In this document: one piece after another, positions 39,981 through 49,759 of the stretch
Numbering within the stretch: the stretch's first letter is position 1
How the letters are laid out: every line of letters begins with the position of its first letter
Source: an uncultured Pseudobdellovibrionaceae bacterium
GTDB taxonomy: Bacteria; Bdellovibrionota; Bdellovibrionia; Bdellovibrionales; UBA1609
DNA length: 64,000 nt
Direction of reading: 5' to 3'
NCBI GenBank assembly: GCA_963803705.1
Contig: CAWDNU010000003.1
Span: 192,001 to 256,000 of the forward strand
Made by a program: the position numbers and the translations under genes
The notes under the pieces: model-generated
Seen by the model: only the letters and a program-made list of their open reading frames with translations
The model's database searches: none
Told to the model about the DNA's origin: nothing

Positions 39981-40448
39981 CTAGCTAGGTATAGAGACCA
40001 AAGATACGAAAACCCTATTTCCATCAATTCGATCTATTCTAACTTTTGCTTTAACAGGTATAACAGAATCTATTTCAGTAGGTAAGGCGTTCCAGTGGTC
40101 TGCGTAAACTTTAACATAACCGGTGCCTGCCTTTTCGTTGATCTCTTCTATTACACTAACGACCCTGCCAATTAACGAGTCCATCCCAGTTAATTGGTGC
40201 TTACCAATAAACCTGGGCTTTACATACTTTACGGAAATATAGAAGTTAACAATAGACAAAAAGGCAAAGGTGATAAGCTCAATTTCTAAAGAGACGTAGG
40301 GTGCAATTATTGCGACAAATAAAAGTGATACTCCTAAGGGGAAAAGAAAAAACGTAGATACAAAAGCTTCAAGTATGATCAGACCCAGGCCGAGCCCTAC
40401 GTAAGCCTGCCAATTTAAAAGTAGTTCTAAATTCATAAGAATCTCCAT
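39981..40448 (-). CDS. NfeD-like membrane partner of the SPFH protein
   Basis: TM N-terminus plus OB-fold-like C-terminus (G.VKV...WNA, IDGN); canonical pairing with a stomatin gene. Confidence 0.85.
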   Translation of the reverse strand: MEILMNLELLLNWQAYVGLGLGLIILEAFVSTFFLFPLGVSLLFVAIIAPYVSLEIELITFAFLSIVNFYISVKYVKPRFIGKHQLTGMDSLIGRVVSVIEEINEKAGTGYVKVYADHWNALPTEIDSVIPVKAKVRIDRIDGNRVFVSLVSIPS

Positions 40449-40629
40449 TTAAAATTTTGTAGTGTTTCAGTATGGGGCTTTTTTCAGAAATTAGCCCTAA
40501 TTTTCTAAAAAATGAGTCTCTATGTCATAAATTTTATAGAAACTAAATGGATTTTAATTTGTTAGAGTATTACTTAGATTACATAAATTATAAACAAACC
40601 TTGATCGTTGTTGAGGTTTAAAAAGGGGA

Positions 40630-41016
40630 GTGCATATGAAACTATTAAATAAATTATTTTTAGGAAAATTTCTAAGCACAAGCTTAGCTGTTTTTCTGGG
40701 CTTTGGCTTCAGTGCTCAAGCCAAACATCATGGTAAAAACCATAATGGGAAAGGTAAGGGCCCATGTGCCGAGATCGTGTGTGAACAAGGCGACAAATTT
40801 TGCTATGACAAAAAAAAAGAATGCATGTCGAAAATGTTCACCAAAAGAATGGAGAAGGCAAGATCTGAAGGCGTGAGTGTTGATAAAAAAAATATGTGGG
40901 TTCAGCGTTTGGAAAAGCGAGTGACTAAAAAAAGAGAAAGGATTCAGCAGCTCCAGACCAACATCACCGAGATCGAGGCAAATATAAAGCAAGTTAGGGC
41001 TTTAAAAACGAAGTAG
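40630..41016 (+). CDS. Small secreted basic coiled-coil hypothetical protein
   Basis: Signal peptide ending SAQA, four Cys, coiled coil. Confidence 0.65.
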   Translation: MHMKLLNKLFLGKFLSTSLAVFLGFGFSAQAKHHGKNHNGKGKGPCAEIVCEQGDKFCYDKKKECMSKMFTKRMEKARSEGVSVDKKNMWVQRLEKRVTKKRERIQQLQTNITEIEANIKQVRALKTK

Positions 41017-41207
41017 CTTAGCTTTTGATTATATTTCTGAGCTTAAAATAAGGGCTCGTTTCAGAATGTTGGGCGCAAAGCCCTCAAAGTGTCAACTATG
41101 AAGCCGGGGGCGCCAAACCCCTTTCTAATGGCATCAGGTTGACATAGGCCTTAAATTCTTAGATAAAGTTCAGGTTATTTTGATTCAGGCTTATAGACGG
41201 AGAAGTA

Positions 41208-41513
41208 ATGGCTAAACTATCAAGTATTGTTAAGAATAAGAAAAAAATTGAAATGGTGGCTCGCTACCGTCAGAAGCGTGCAGATCTTAGAAAGATTCTT
41301 AAAAGTGCAACTTCTTCTTGGGAAGAAAAAGAAGCTGCCCGTGCTCAAATTACTCGTTTTCCTAGATATTCAATCGAAGTCCGTGTTTCAAACCGTTGTG
41401 AAATGACAGGACGCCCACGTGGTTTCTTGCGCAAATTTGGTTTATCTCGTATTGCATTCAGAGACTTGGCCAGCCGTGGTCAGATTCCTGGAGTAACCAA
41501 ATCTAGCTGGTAA
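41208..41513 (+). CDS. rpsN: 30S ribosomal protein S14, long Zn-free type
   Basis: MAKLS..., [31 protein letters not shown]. Confidence 0.96.
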   Translation: MAKLSSIVKNKKKIEMVARYRQKRADLRKILKSATSSWEEKEAARAQITRFPRYSIEVRVSNRCEMTGRPRGFLRKFGLSRIAFRDLASRGQIPGVTKSSW

Positions 41514-41613
41514 GTTACAATAGGCGCCAAGGCTATGAAGTTTTGTCGGTGGTTTCATTGTTTTTTCACCATAAAAATCTAGATATTAGTGCTGACAGCT
41601 GTTAAAAGCCTAT

Positions 41614-41650
41614 AAAAAGAGATCTAAGGAAAACTTAGATCTTTTTTTTT
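41614..41650. terminator. Bidirectional intrinsic terminator
   Basis: AGATCTAAG-gaaaa-CTTAGATCT with a T run after and an A run before. Confidence 0.75.
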
Positions 41651-41750
41651 AAAGCCGAGTACCTCAGGTGTCCTAAGCAAATTGTGTAAACCAGCCTCTC
41701 TTTATCTAGAGAGCAACTCTTCTTAATTTGCACCCTTACATCAGGCTGGC

Positions 41751-43655
41751 TTAATCCCGGATTTGATCTTTAACTGACAGGCCTATTTTAAAAAACATAC
41801 TGCGTGCTCTATTTTTGCTTATATCTTTCGGCCACTCAATTGTACTAGGACCCGCAAGATTTGGGTTGTAGGTGGAAGCAAGACTTCGACCAGTGGCTCG
41901 GGCGTAGGCTCGGGCTTGGGCAGCCGCTGTTGGTTTGTAGTTATCAGCGTTAAATGTTCTGGCTTTATCTTTAGACCTTTGCTCAGAGCCTGAAAGATCT
42001 AGGCCTCTGCGATTTGCTCTATCGTTACCAGCTGATCTAAATTTCCCCCCTCCGCCAGGTGACGCATTTTTACCAAACATAGTTTTATCTTTCTTGTTTT
42101 TGCCAAATAGTCGACTTAAAAGTCCCGGCTTATCTTTGGTTTTAGTACCACCGGCGTTACCTGATGAAGTTCCTAAACCGCCAGCTCCGCCGCCACCTAC
42201 TGGTGATCTAGGGAATTGTCCCTGGCTATTAGCAAAATTACCTCTAGAGGGTGGAGGAATAGCTTGTGGGAATTTTTGATTCGAAGAACTTCTATTAGGA
42301 TTATATGGGATTGTGCCTGTGGAAAGTTGAGTTCCACTACTGTTAGAGGACCTATAATTTTTGTTTGGACTGCCATATCTAGCGCTGGCTCCAGAGCTAT
42401 AACCATCTTCACCAAAGCTTCCACCTGACTTACCAAAAATAGACCCCAACTCGCTTAAAGACTTACCAAAGCCACCAGCTTGCCCGCCAAAACCCGAAGC
42501 CTTCGCCTGTACACTTTTGTCATTGTTGTTTGCGCTAGACTCTGTTGTGGCTCCAAAAGCTTTTGACTGTGCATCAGCCATCAATTGATCACCGCTTAAT
42601 CCTTTTGAGTCTGCAGCCTTACCATTATTTTCACTGCTGTTATCCGAATTTGAAATCGTGGCTGCATCACCACCAACTTGAGCCGCAGTCGTTTCGGGTC
42701 GCCTTTCAGGTCGCGAAGACATTGCGGTTGGACCGCTGGGGGTGCTGTTGGAATCTGATGAACAGGCACCGGTTGCAGCTTCTATGCCGCTACAATTGCT
42801 ACCCTCTCTTACATCCGAATTTGGCAAAAGAGAATTCAAAGTTTCCAAAGTTAATTCCGCTTGCCGTAAGTTTGTAACTGCGAAACTGGTTGTTTCAGTA
42901 AGTTGGGTGCCAGTGCTGCCGCCAATCCTTGATGTGACATAATATTCGTCTTTGATAATGTTTCTTTGCTGTCGAAGTTCTGGGGCGTCAAGTTTGCCTT
43001 CTACCTGCAGTTGAACCTCTGCTTCGGCATCCCCATAACTTATGCTTTCCATTGCACTGGTTCTAGCTACTAGCAGTTCCATGGATCTATTTTGGTAAAT
43101 AGCAACACTGTCGCCATCTGAGGTGGCTATTGGTTCAGTGCAAAAATCTGTAGCGTCAATAAATTTTGTTCGGCAAGTTTGATCTAAATTATCTAGGTCT
43201 CCCTGTAAGGTGGCTAAAGCATCGCTAGAGGATTTTAAAGCCGATACAAGTTTTTCAACTTTCAGCGCTAAGCCCGAAATATCGGTCCCATTTTGGGCTT
43301 CAATTTGTCCCATTTGATTGATACTGGCGATTTGGCCGAATTGCTCTTCCATTAATGTTTGAATATTTTCTATACCGACCTTAAGCGATCTGTATAGGTT
43401 AGTATTACATTGTCGTTTAAAACTATCAGAAGTCATGCGACAAGCATTAGTCTGATTGATGATAACTTGATTGGCCATGGCTTCAAACTTTTCTCGAGCT
43501 TGATCTCCTGCTAGCTCAGCAGCACTTTGCATATCACTAACTCCGCATGTGCTCTGTCCACCGGCTAAACATTCAACAGACTTTACGACCACGCTAGTAT
43601 TGTTAGCGAAAGTTTTTAAACAAAGTAGAAGTGGAATTAAAATAATAGTTTTCAT
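41751..43655 (-). CDS. Secreted helical protein with Ser/Gly-rich disordered C-terminal half
   Basis: Signal peptide MKTIILIPLLLCLKTFA at ATG 43655 (track start 43805). Confidence 0.75.
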   Translation of the reverse strand: MKTIILIPLLLCLKTFANNTSVVVKSVECLAGGQSTCGVSDMQSAAELAGDQAREKFEAMANQVIINQTNACRMTSDSFKRQCNTNLYRSLKVGIENIQTLMEEQFGQIASINQMGQIEAQNGTDISGLALKVEKLVSALKSSSDALATLQGDLDNLDQTCRTKFIDATDFCTEPIATSDGDSVAIYQNRSMELLVARTSAMESISYGDAEAEVQLQVEGKLDAPELRQQRNIIKDEYYVTSRIGGSTGTQLTETTSFAVTNLRQAELTLETLNSLLPNSDVREGSNCSGIEAATGACSSDSNSTPSGPTAMSSRPERRPETTAAQVGGDAATISNSDNSSENNGKAADSKGLSGDQLMADAQSKAFGATTESSANNNDKSVQAKASGFGGQAGGFGKSLSELGSIFGKSGGSFGEDGYSSGASARYGSPNKNYRSSNSSGTQLSTGTIPYNPNRSSSNQKFPQAIPPPSRGNFANSQGQFPRSPVGGGGAGGLGTSSGNAGGTKTKDKPGLLSRLFGKNKKDKTMFGKNASPGGGGKFRSAGNDRANRRGLDLSGSEQRSKDKARTFNADNYKPTAAAQARAYARATGRSLASTYNPNLAGPSTIEWPKDISKNRARSMFFKIGLSVKDQIRD

Positions 43656-43662
43656 ACTTAAA

Positions 43663-43670
43663 TTATCGGC
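43663..43670 (-). promoter_or_regulatory. Sigma28 (FliA)-type -10 element
   Basis: Minus strand GCCGATAA-TTTAAGT-ATG. Confidence 0.5.
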
Positions 43671-43852
43671 AAATTTGACAGAAGAACACAGACTTAAGGC
43701 CAAGGGTGACTCAGAATAATACGTTAATAGGTTATTGTGATGGAAGTGTTGCTTTAAGAATTTTTTTAATTTGCGGAATCGCTCCAAATAATTAAAGGTC
43801 AACAAAAAAATATACGTATCAAGTGATTTTATTTATGTAGTTTCTTATAAAA

Positions 43853-45124
43853 CTATATAGAGAGATCTTCTGTGTTCAGAAATCGAATCACGTTATCTAT
43901 TCTCAGACCAACGTTTCTCTCACTAATTTCATTGGGTGTCTTGCGGCTGCCAGGCCCTCCAGAATAAGGCCGTTCAGCAATATGAATTCCAGACAACACC
44001 ATTTTACCATCAACCAGTTGTGTAATACTGGAAGAGCTTGAAGAGTACGAGGTATCACATAAGTGGTATATAGTTTTCAGAGCAGTTTCATAGCTACATC
44101 TCTCAAAAGATGAAAAGTTACCCGCTTTAAAGTCTTTATTAAATCCAATTAAGTAGTTTGAGCCTCTGACAGCATTCGAGGATTGAGGCTGAAGACTCAT
44201 GGAACCACGTCTAGCTCCGTTAGGAAGCTGGTCATTACTAATTTTTTCACTTAAAATAAAAATTAAAAAATCATTTTGTCTTGTAAGTTTTGATACACCG
44301 GCAACATTTTTCAAATTCAGAGGGTCACCCTCAGTGCTAACAGTGCGTAGAACAAAATCAGAATAAGCTCGGCCATCATCGATATGAAAATTTACATTTG
44401 GCAGGTATTTCATGCTAGACAAATCACACATGGGCTGACCAGTTCTCTCATCTAAAAAAGAATGAGCTGAGGTAATTACGGCGTCTCTTCCGTCCGGCAG
44501 TTGAATAAGCGTGGCATTAGTTCCACCACCTTTGCAAGCCAGTCTCCCAGTTTGAGCAGATGCTCTCAAGATTGCTCTTTCTTCTTCTGTTAGATCAGTT
44601 GGGTTTTTACGTCTTAGATCACTTACTGCGCGACGGTTGTCCTCATCGAATATAGCCACATTGTGCACCCGAGCAAACCCCTCTTTCACAATTGGCATTT
44701 GGGCTAAATGTTGAGCTAATGATGATTGAGGCGAGCGTACTCTACAGCCCATACAAGTAGAGGCCTCGGTGTTGCTTGCGCTTGGACTGATCGAGCGACT
44801 TGTAAGATCGGGATTACGAGGCAGACTACTGATGGCCTCGGATTTTAGATTAAATCCAATGGACATTAAAAGAATCAGACTCAATTTCTCGAAGAACTTT
44901 TGATTTAATGACTTTGGTAGGTACTGGCTCAAGGGTGATTTTAGAGTGTAAGTCGGGAAATTTGAAAACCCTAAAGTCTTAAAATAATTGGTTTTGATCT
45001 GGCTTTTACCACCGCTACCTAATTCAGTGATCTTTTTTTGAATCGCTAGATCCATGATTTTTTGAAGCTGTTCTTGGTTGATCATTTTTTTTGAGTTCAT
45101 GGTAAAGTCCTGATTAAGTTTCAA
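43853..45124 (-). CDS. Trypsin/V8-like serine protease homolog with atypical catalytic-Ser motif
   Basis: IFDEDNR propeptide-like motif, VITSAH, NDF, HLCDTSYSSSSSSI, LSGIH; start uncertain. Confidence 0.7.
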   Translation of the reverse strand: MKLNQDFTMNSKKMINQEQLQKIMDLAIQKKITELGSGGKSQIKTNYFKTLGFSNFPTYTLKSPLSQYLPKSLNQKFFEKLSLILLMSIGFNLKSEAISSLPRNPDLTSRSISPSASNTEASTCMGCRVRSPQSSLAQHLAQMPIVKEGFARVHNVAIFDEDNRRAVSDLRRKNPTDLTEEERAILRASAQTGRLACKGGGTNATLIQLPDGRDAVITSAHSFLDERTGQPMCDLSSMKYLPNVNFHIDDGRAYSDFVLRTVSTEGDPLNLKNVAGVSKLTRQNDFLIFILSEKISNDQLPNGARRGSMSLQPQSSNAVRGSNYLIGFNKDFKAGNFSSFERCSYETALKTIYHLCDTSYSSSSSSITQLVDGKMVLSGIHIAERPYSGGPGSRKTPNEISERNVGLRIDNVIRFLNTEDLSI

Positions 45125-45275
45125 ATTAATTAAGTCCGTAATCTATACTAACCTGATACAATATACATGCCCAAAAAGTAAGTCCATAAATGACTGAATT
45201 TATTGAAGAATTTATAGTTATTTCATAATAATACGCTTATATATTAGACGCCCGCAGGAAAAACTATACAGCAGT

Positions 45276-45358
45276 ATGGCTTTGAGCACTTTGTACTTAC
45301 CAAGCGATTCTGTCCTTCCATAGTTCCCAAGGGAAAGTGACCGCAGAGATGTAACCAT
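45276..45358 (+). other. Conserved non-coding leader upstream of the transposase (copy A)
   Basis: Aligns with 47493-47577 in conserved and variable blocks. Confidence 0.6.
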
Positions 45359-45404
45359 CTGATACGATTTTGTTCTTAAATCGAAATTAGGAGGGGCATC
45401 AAGG

Positions 45405-46542
45405 ATGGGGTTTATATTGAGAGCAAGAGATCAATTAAAAATTGAGATTATGTTTAAAGTATCAAAAGGTGAAATTAGAACTATTGATGCATGTTCAATT
45501 TTAAAAGTTTCAGATCGTACTTTGAGGCGATATCTAAAGTCTTTCAGAGAAAAAGGCATTTATTTTATTAAGCACGGCAACTGTGGCAATATTCCTCGAA
45601 ACAAAATTCCTGAACCTATAAAGCTTCATACTCAAGCTTTAATCAAACAGCGCTATTTTGATTTTAATATGAGCCATTTAAGAGAAAAATTAATTGAAGA
45701 GTTTAACATCACCATCAAATACGAAACCTTAAGAAAATGGTGCCACGAGATCGGTTATGTCAAACATGCCCAAAAAAGAAGGACTAAGCCAAAGTACTAT
45801 CGCCAGAGAATGAGCCAGAAGGGCCTGCTGCTTCAAATGGATGGCAGTCACCACAAATGGTTTTCAGACCGTACAACGTGCCTTATGGCGGTCATAGATG
45901 ACGCCACCAATGAAGTCTATGCCAGATTTTATGACGGTGAGACCACAGTTGCTTGTATGGATTTTTTAAAACGCCACATTGAAAAGTATGGTGTTTGCAC
46001 GTCGTACTATACGGATAAAGCCGGGCTATTTGGTGGCATTAAACGAAGCAACTTTTCACAAGTAGAACGTGCATTGGGTGAAGTGGGCAGCCAAGTTATA
46101 TATGCGCATACGCCGGAAGCTAAGGGCCGTGTTGAAAGGTTATTTAAAACTTTACAAGATAGGCTCATTCCAGAGCTAAGGCTTAAAGGAATTAGAACCA
46201 TGAAAGAAGCCAATTATTTTTTAGAAACCACGTATCTGCAATATCATCATAATCAAAAATATATGGTTGAAGCCCACAACCCTTTGAGTGCCTATAAAAG
46301 TCTGGCAGGTCAAATTGATTTAAACGATGTGTTTTGTCTTAAAGAATTTAGGGTCGTCGGCAGAGACCACACGGTGAGTATTAATGGCGTTAGATATTTT
46401 ATTGCCGATGAGTTGAGGCACTCCATTTACAAACAAAAGCTTGAAATTAGATTTAATAAGTGGGGGTGACTTTAAAGCCTACTTTGCCAATAAAGACATT
46501 AAGCTTGTTAGGATAATCAAAGCTCAAAAAATTACGGCGTAA
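45405..46542 (+). mobile_element. IS1202/ISNCY-type DDE transposase with a +1 frameshift near the C-terminus
   Basis: HTH, LLQMDGSHH, IDDAT, YTDK, PEAKGRVERLFKTLQDRL. ORF stops at 46469 in a G5 run; with G4 it continues GDFKAYFANK...KITA* to 46542. Terminal IRs not identified. Confidence 0.88.
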
Positions 46543-46601
46543 AAACTAAAAGCTTCAAATACATAGATTAAAAGGCAAGCTTAACTGAGTGGCTTTAAAG
46601 T

Positions 46602-46641
46602 TTTTAATAAGCGTTGTTGCGGTCAACAACGCCTATTAAAA
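46602..46641. terminator. 18-bp stem hairpin between convergent genes
   Basis: TTTTAATAAGCGTTGTTG-cggt-CAACAACGCCTATTAAAA. Confidence 0.7.
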
Positions 46642-46769
46642 CTAAAATCTTTTGGATCAATGACAAGGGAATTGTCGATGGTGGCGGCCTTGGATCTAGA
46701 CGGTCTTTGTAATATTTAGTATTTATTAAAAAGTAATGGTACTATTCGACTTGTTCTAATCAAACTTAA

Positions 46770-47207
46770 TTATACTCCTAAATACCCACAATCTAAATTT
46801 ACTGATTTGAAAAGCTCAAGTTTGTATGGTTGCAGTAAATGAAAAATATCATTCCAGTGAGTTCCTTTAGAAAATTCGAAATGTATCAACGAACGAACCT
46901 CTACAGAAGAATTGGAAACTACTTCAAAAGCGCACTCATTTCTGTAACCAGTTACCTTGTTTTGGTACACAAATTTTCCCGATCTTTCCAATTCCAGCGA
47001 AGAAATGTGTGTCAATGCTAAAAAACATTTTTCTTCATTTACGATTTCATTCGGACTGTTAAATAATTCATTATGACCAACCTTAAAAACTACTTCGGTG
47101 TGCTCAAAAGCCGGTCCGTAAACAGCGAAACAAGGAAAATCTTCATTTGTCTCTGCTTGCGCATTTATAAAAATCATTAAAAAGAATAAAAAAAACACAT
47201 TTTTCAC
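46770..47207 (-). CDS. Small secreted hypothetical protein
   Basis: Signal peptide ending NAQA; RBS AAGGA; four Cys. Confidence 0.65.
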   Translation of the reverse strand: MKNVFFLFFLMIFINAQAETNEDFPCFAVYGPAFEHTEVVFKVGHNELFNSPNEIVNEEKCFLALTHISSLELERSGKFVYQNKVTGYRNECAFEVVSNSSVEVRSLIHFEFSKGTHWNDIFHLLQPYKLELFKSVNLDCGYLGV

Positions 47208-47492
47208 GAAAGTCCTTTATTTTGTATATAGATAAATCCTTTGATTTAATTTGCAAAACCGAAGCCATTTTTTTGATAAAACCCAATGCTTTAAACCCAT
47301 TTAAACTAGCAAAGACACATTGAAACTGACTAAGAATTAGTTTTCAAGGCCGCAAAATGTCACTCGTAAAATCAAGCATTTTAAGCAGGGCTCTTAATTA
47401 TCTTGTTCCGCACTCAAAAAATGAGGCTATGACGCCGATAGGCTGTCAGAATCATTTGGTACTAATTAGGTCAATTTGCCCTGGGAAAGACA

Positions 47493-47577
47493 ATGGCTTT
47501 GAGCACTTTTGTAATTACAAAGCGATTCTGTCATCGGTTAATTCCCAAGGGATCTTAGCAACATATATGTGTAGCCA
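47493..47577 (+). other. Orphan copy of the transposase leader (copy B)
   Basis: Shares ATGGCTTTGAGCACTTT, AAGCGATTCTGTC, TTCCCAAGGGA and GTARCCA with 45276-45358. Confidence 0.6.
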
Positions 47578-48004
47578 CAGCCTATTGGTAGTTTTACTAT
47601 TTTTCCAAAAAAAAGTGTCAGTGGAATAAAAGATGATGAAACTGTTGTTGAAATCCGTGACATAACCATGTCTAGTTCGTACAGCTTTTTTTTCAAAAGG
47701 TAGGGTAATTGTCAGAACTAAAAGAATACTGGTACGGCAAAGGCCTATAGCAGTGGTGTCATCATCGACAACGAAATAGGCTAACAGTGAAAGAAATTAA
47801 ACCGTTAAGCCGAAATCTGAAACCATTTTAGATTTTTTATATCTGCTTACTTATTAGTCCTAATCTGGACTTATCTTAGCTAATTCGGTTTCAAGTGTAG
47901 AGCTTATCAAAAATTCGTGTTGACCAAAAATGTAGCTAGTCTTCGTAACTGGGATCACCTGTATTTTTTTATTTTATGGTCACTATGTGCCTATTAAAAT
48001 TTAT

Positions 48005-48472
48005 TTATGCAAGTAAGCTTCTTAGCATCCAAGCTGTTTTTTCGTGCAACTGAATTCTCTGGGTGAGTAAATCTGCTGTAGCCTCGTCATTTGCAGAATC
48101 TGCTACTGCAAATATACTTCTTGCAGTCTTGATGACAGACTCTTGAGATTTAACCAAATCACTTATCATCTCCGTAGCCACTACATCACCAACAGCTTCC
48201 TTCACAGTGCTAAGGTTCGCAAATTCAGTGTAAGAGCCCGGCGCTTTTTCACCTAAAGCACGTATACGCTCTGCGATATCATCTACAGCAATAGCAAGTT
48301 CAGTATATTGAGTTTCAAACATTAGGTGCAATGTCTGAAACATTGGGCCCTGAACATTCCAGTGATAATTATGAGTCTTTAAATATAAAGTGTACGAATC
48401 AGCAAGTAAACCAGCTAATCCATCTGCAATGCTTTTACGCTTTGATTCTTCAATACCAATATCAATTTTCAT
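48005..48472 (-). CDS. dps: DNA starvation/stationary phase protection protein Dps
   Basis: KTHNYHWNVQGPMFQTLHLMFETQY, DDIAERIRALG, HEKTAWML. Confidence 0.96.
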   Translation of the reverse strand: MKIDIGIEESKRKSIADGLAGLLADSYTLYLKTHNYHWNVQGPMFQTLHLMFETQYTELAIAVDDIAERIRALGEKAPGSYTEFANLSTVKEAVGDVVATEMISDLVKSQESVIKTARSIFAVADSANDEATADLLTQRIQLHEKTAWMLRSLLA

Positions 48473-48895
48473 AAGTTTCTCCTTACAACCCTAGTTTAAT
48501 AATTTAAGTGCTGCTCTTTTCAAAAAGCTTTTAAATTCCTTTTTAACATAACTTATAACATCCGTAAGAGCTAGAACCTAACATGCACTCGGATTGCAAT
48601 TAAATCCTAGAGCGTGTTGGCAATTATATATGTTCAATATTTCCAATATTAGTTTTAATACTTTTCATTTCCTAAATATTCGTTTCGTATTCGCTTTCGC
48701 TTAGATAGAATCAGTATAAATTCCAGTAGCTTAATTCGAAATACTTATAAATTGTCGAGGCCTATTACTATTCAAATTTTAAGTTCTCATGACACCAGCA
48801 GCTAAAGCACCGCGATGCCCAAGTTGTAGGCCTGAGAGATATAAAGTGATAGAAAATCTTTGAACTTAATCCTTATAGTGTGCGGAAAACCATTT

Positions 48896-49756
48896 ATGAT
48901 CAAATATATTATTTACTTTCCTTTTTATATTTGCCCAAGATTTTTAAAAAGGTTTATATCTTGGTTCATAACTTTTGTTTGGTTTTACCTGATTCGAAAT
49001 AGAAAAAAGCTTATGATGAGTCAGTTGAAAACATCATTTCCTAACAAAAGTGGCAAGTGGTATGACAAGGTTGTTTTTGAATCATTCTACAATCTAATCC
49101 TAGTTATCTTTGAATACTCTTACTTCGTCTATAGCCCTAAAAAGGTTTTGAAGTACTGCAAACTTAAAAACACCGAACATCTAGATAGAGCTTTGGCCGA
49201 AAACCAAGGTGTTTACATAATGGCGTTTCATTCTGGCAACGGCGAGCTTGCCTTGTTTAGAACTTGTCTGGAAGGCTATAAGTTAAATTTAATAGCTAAA
49301 AGAATTGGAGTTAAACTTTTAGATCAGTTGATTTTTGACTCTAGGGAGCTTAGCGGACTTAAACACATAGCTCCAAAAAAATCCTTATCTCCTATTTTGG
49401 AAGCGCTAAATAAAAACGAATGTGTGGTGTTTGTTCAAGATCAATTCACTTATCCCCCCCGAGGCATTGAGAGCACATTCATCAACCAACCCGCTTACAC
49501 CAACTCGTCATTAGCTTTATTTGCACAAAAGCGCGGCCGCAAAGTGATTCCAGCGAATGTTTACCGTGAAGGGGACAGAAATATTGTGGACTTTCATCCG
49601 CCTCTAATTTTTGAAGAAGGTATGGCAGTGGCGCAGTTCACTCAAAAATGTAACGATTGGATGACAGCCAGGGTGAACGAGCGGCCTAGCATGTGGATGT
49701 GGATCCATGCGCGGTGGAAAATGCAACCACCAAAATCCACAGCACTTAAATCTTAA
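48896..49756 (+). CDS. Lipid A biosynthesis acyltransferase (LpxL/HtrB family)
   Basis: HSGNGE (Hx4E), VQDQ, PSMWMWIHARWK; track start 48860. Confidence 0.85.
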   Translation: MIKYIIYFPFYICPRFLKRFISWFITFVWFYLIRNRKKLMMSQLKTSFPNKSGKWYDKVVFESFYNLILVIFEYSYFVYSPKKVLKYCKLKNTEHLDRALAENQGVYIMAFHSGNGELALFRTCLEGYKLNLIAKRIGVKLLDQLIFDSRELSGLKHIAPKKSLSPILEALNKNECVVFVQDQFTYPPRGIESTFINQPAYTNSSLALFAQKRGRKVIPANVYREGDRNIVDFHPPLIFEEGMAVAQFTQKCNDWMTARVNERPSMWMWIHARWKMQPPKSTALKS

Positions 49757-49759
49757 TAA

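Noticed and set aside
41052..41120. c-di-GMP-I riboswitch-like fragments (GGGCGCAAAGCC...CTATGAAGCCGGG) upstream of rpsN
   Set aside because: Lacks the 5' GGCAAA/GNRA P2 stem and the tetraloop receptor; an Infernal search is needed to exclude a degenerate copy.
47357..47629. 90-aa ORF
   Set aside because: Runs through the non-coding leader copy B; no recognisable features.
47873..47890. ATCTTAGC and TCGGTT matching the variable blocks of leader copy B
   Set aside because: Short post-hoc matches, with no equivalent found for copy A.
48580..48620. Hairpin containing CTCGGATTG as a fourth hairpin-family copy
   Set aside because: Lacks the CGAG and ACGTAT bulges and the long arms.
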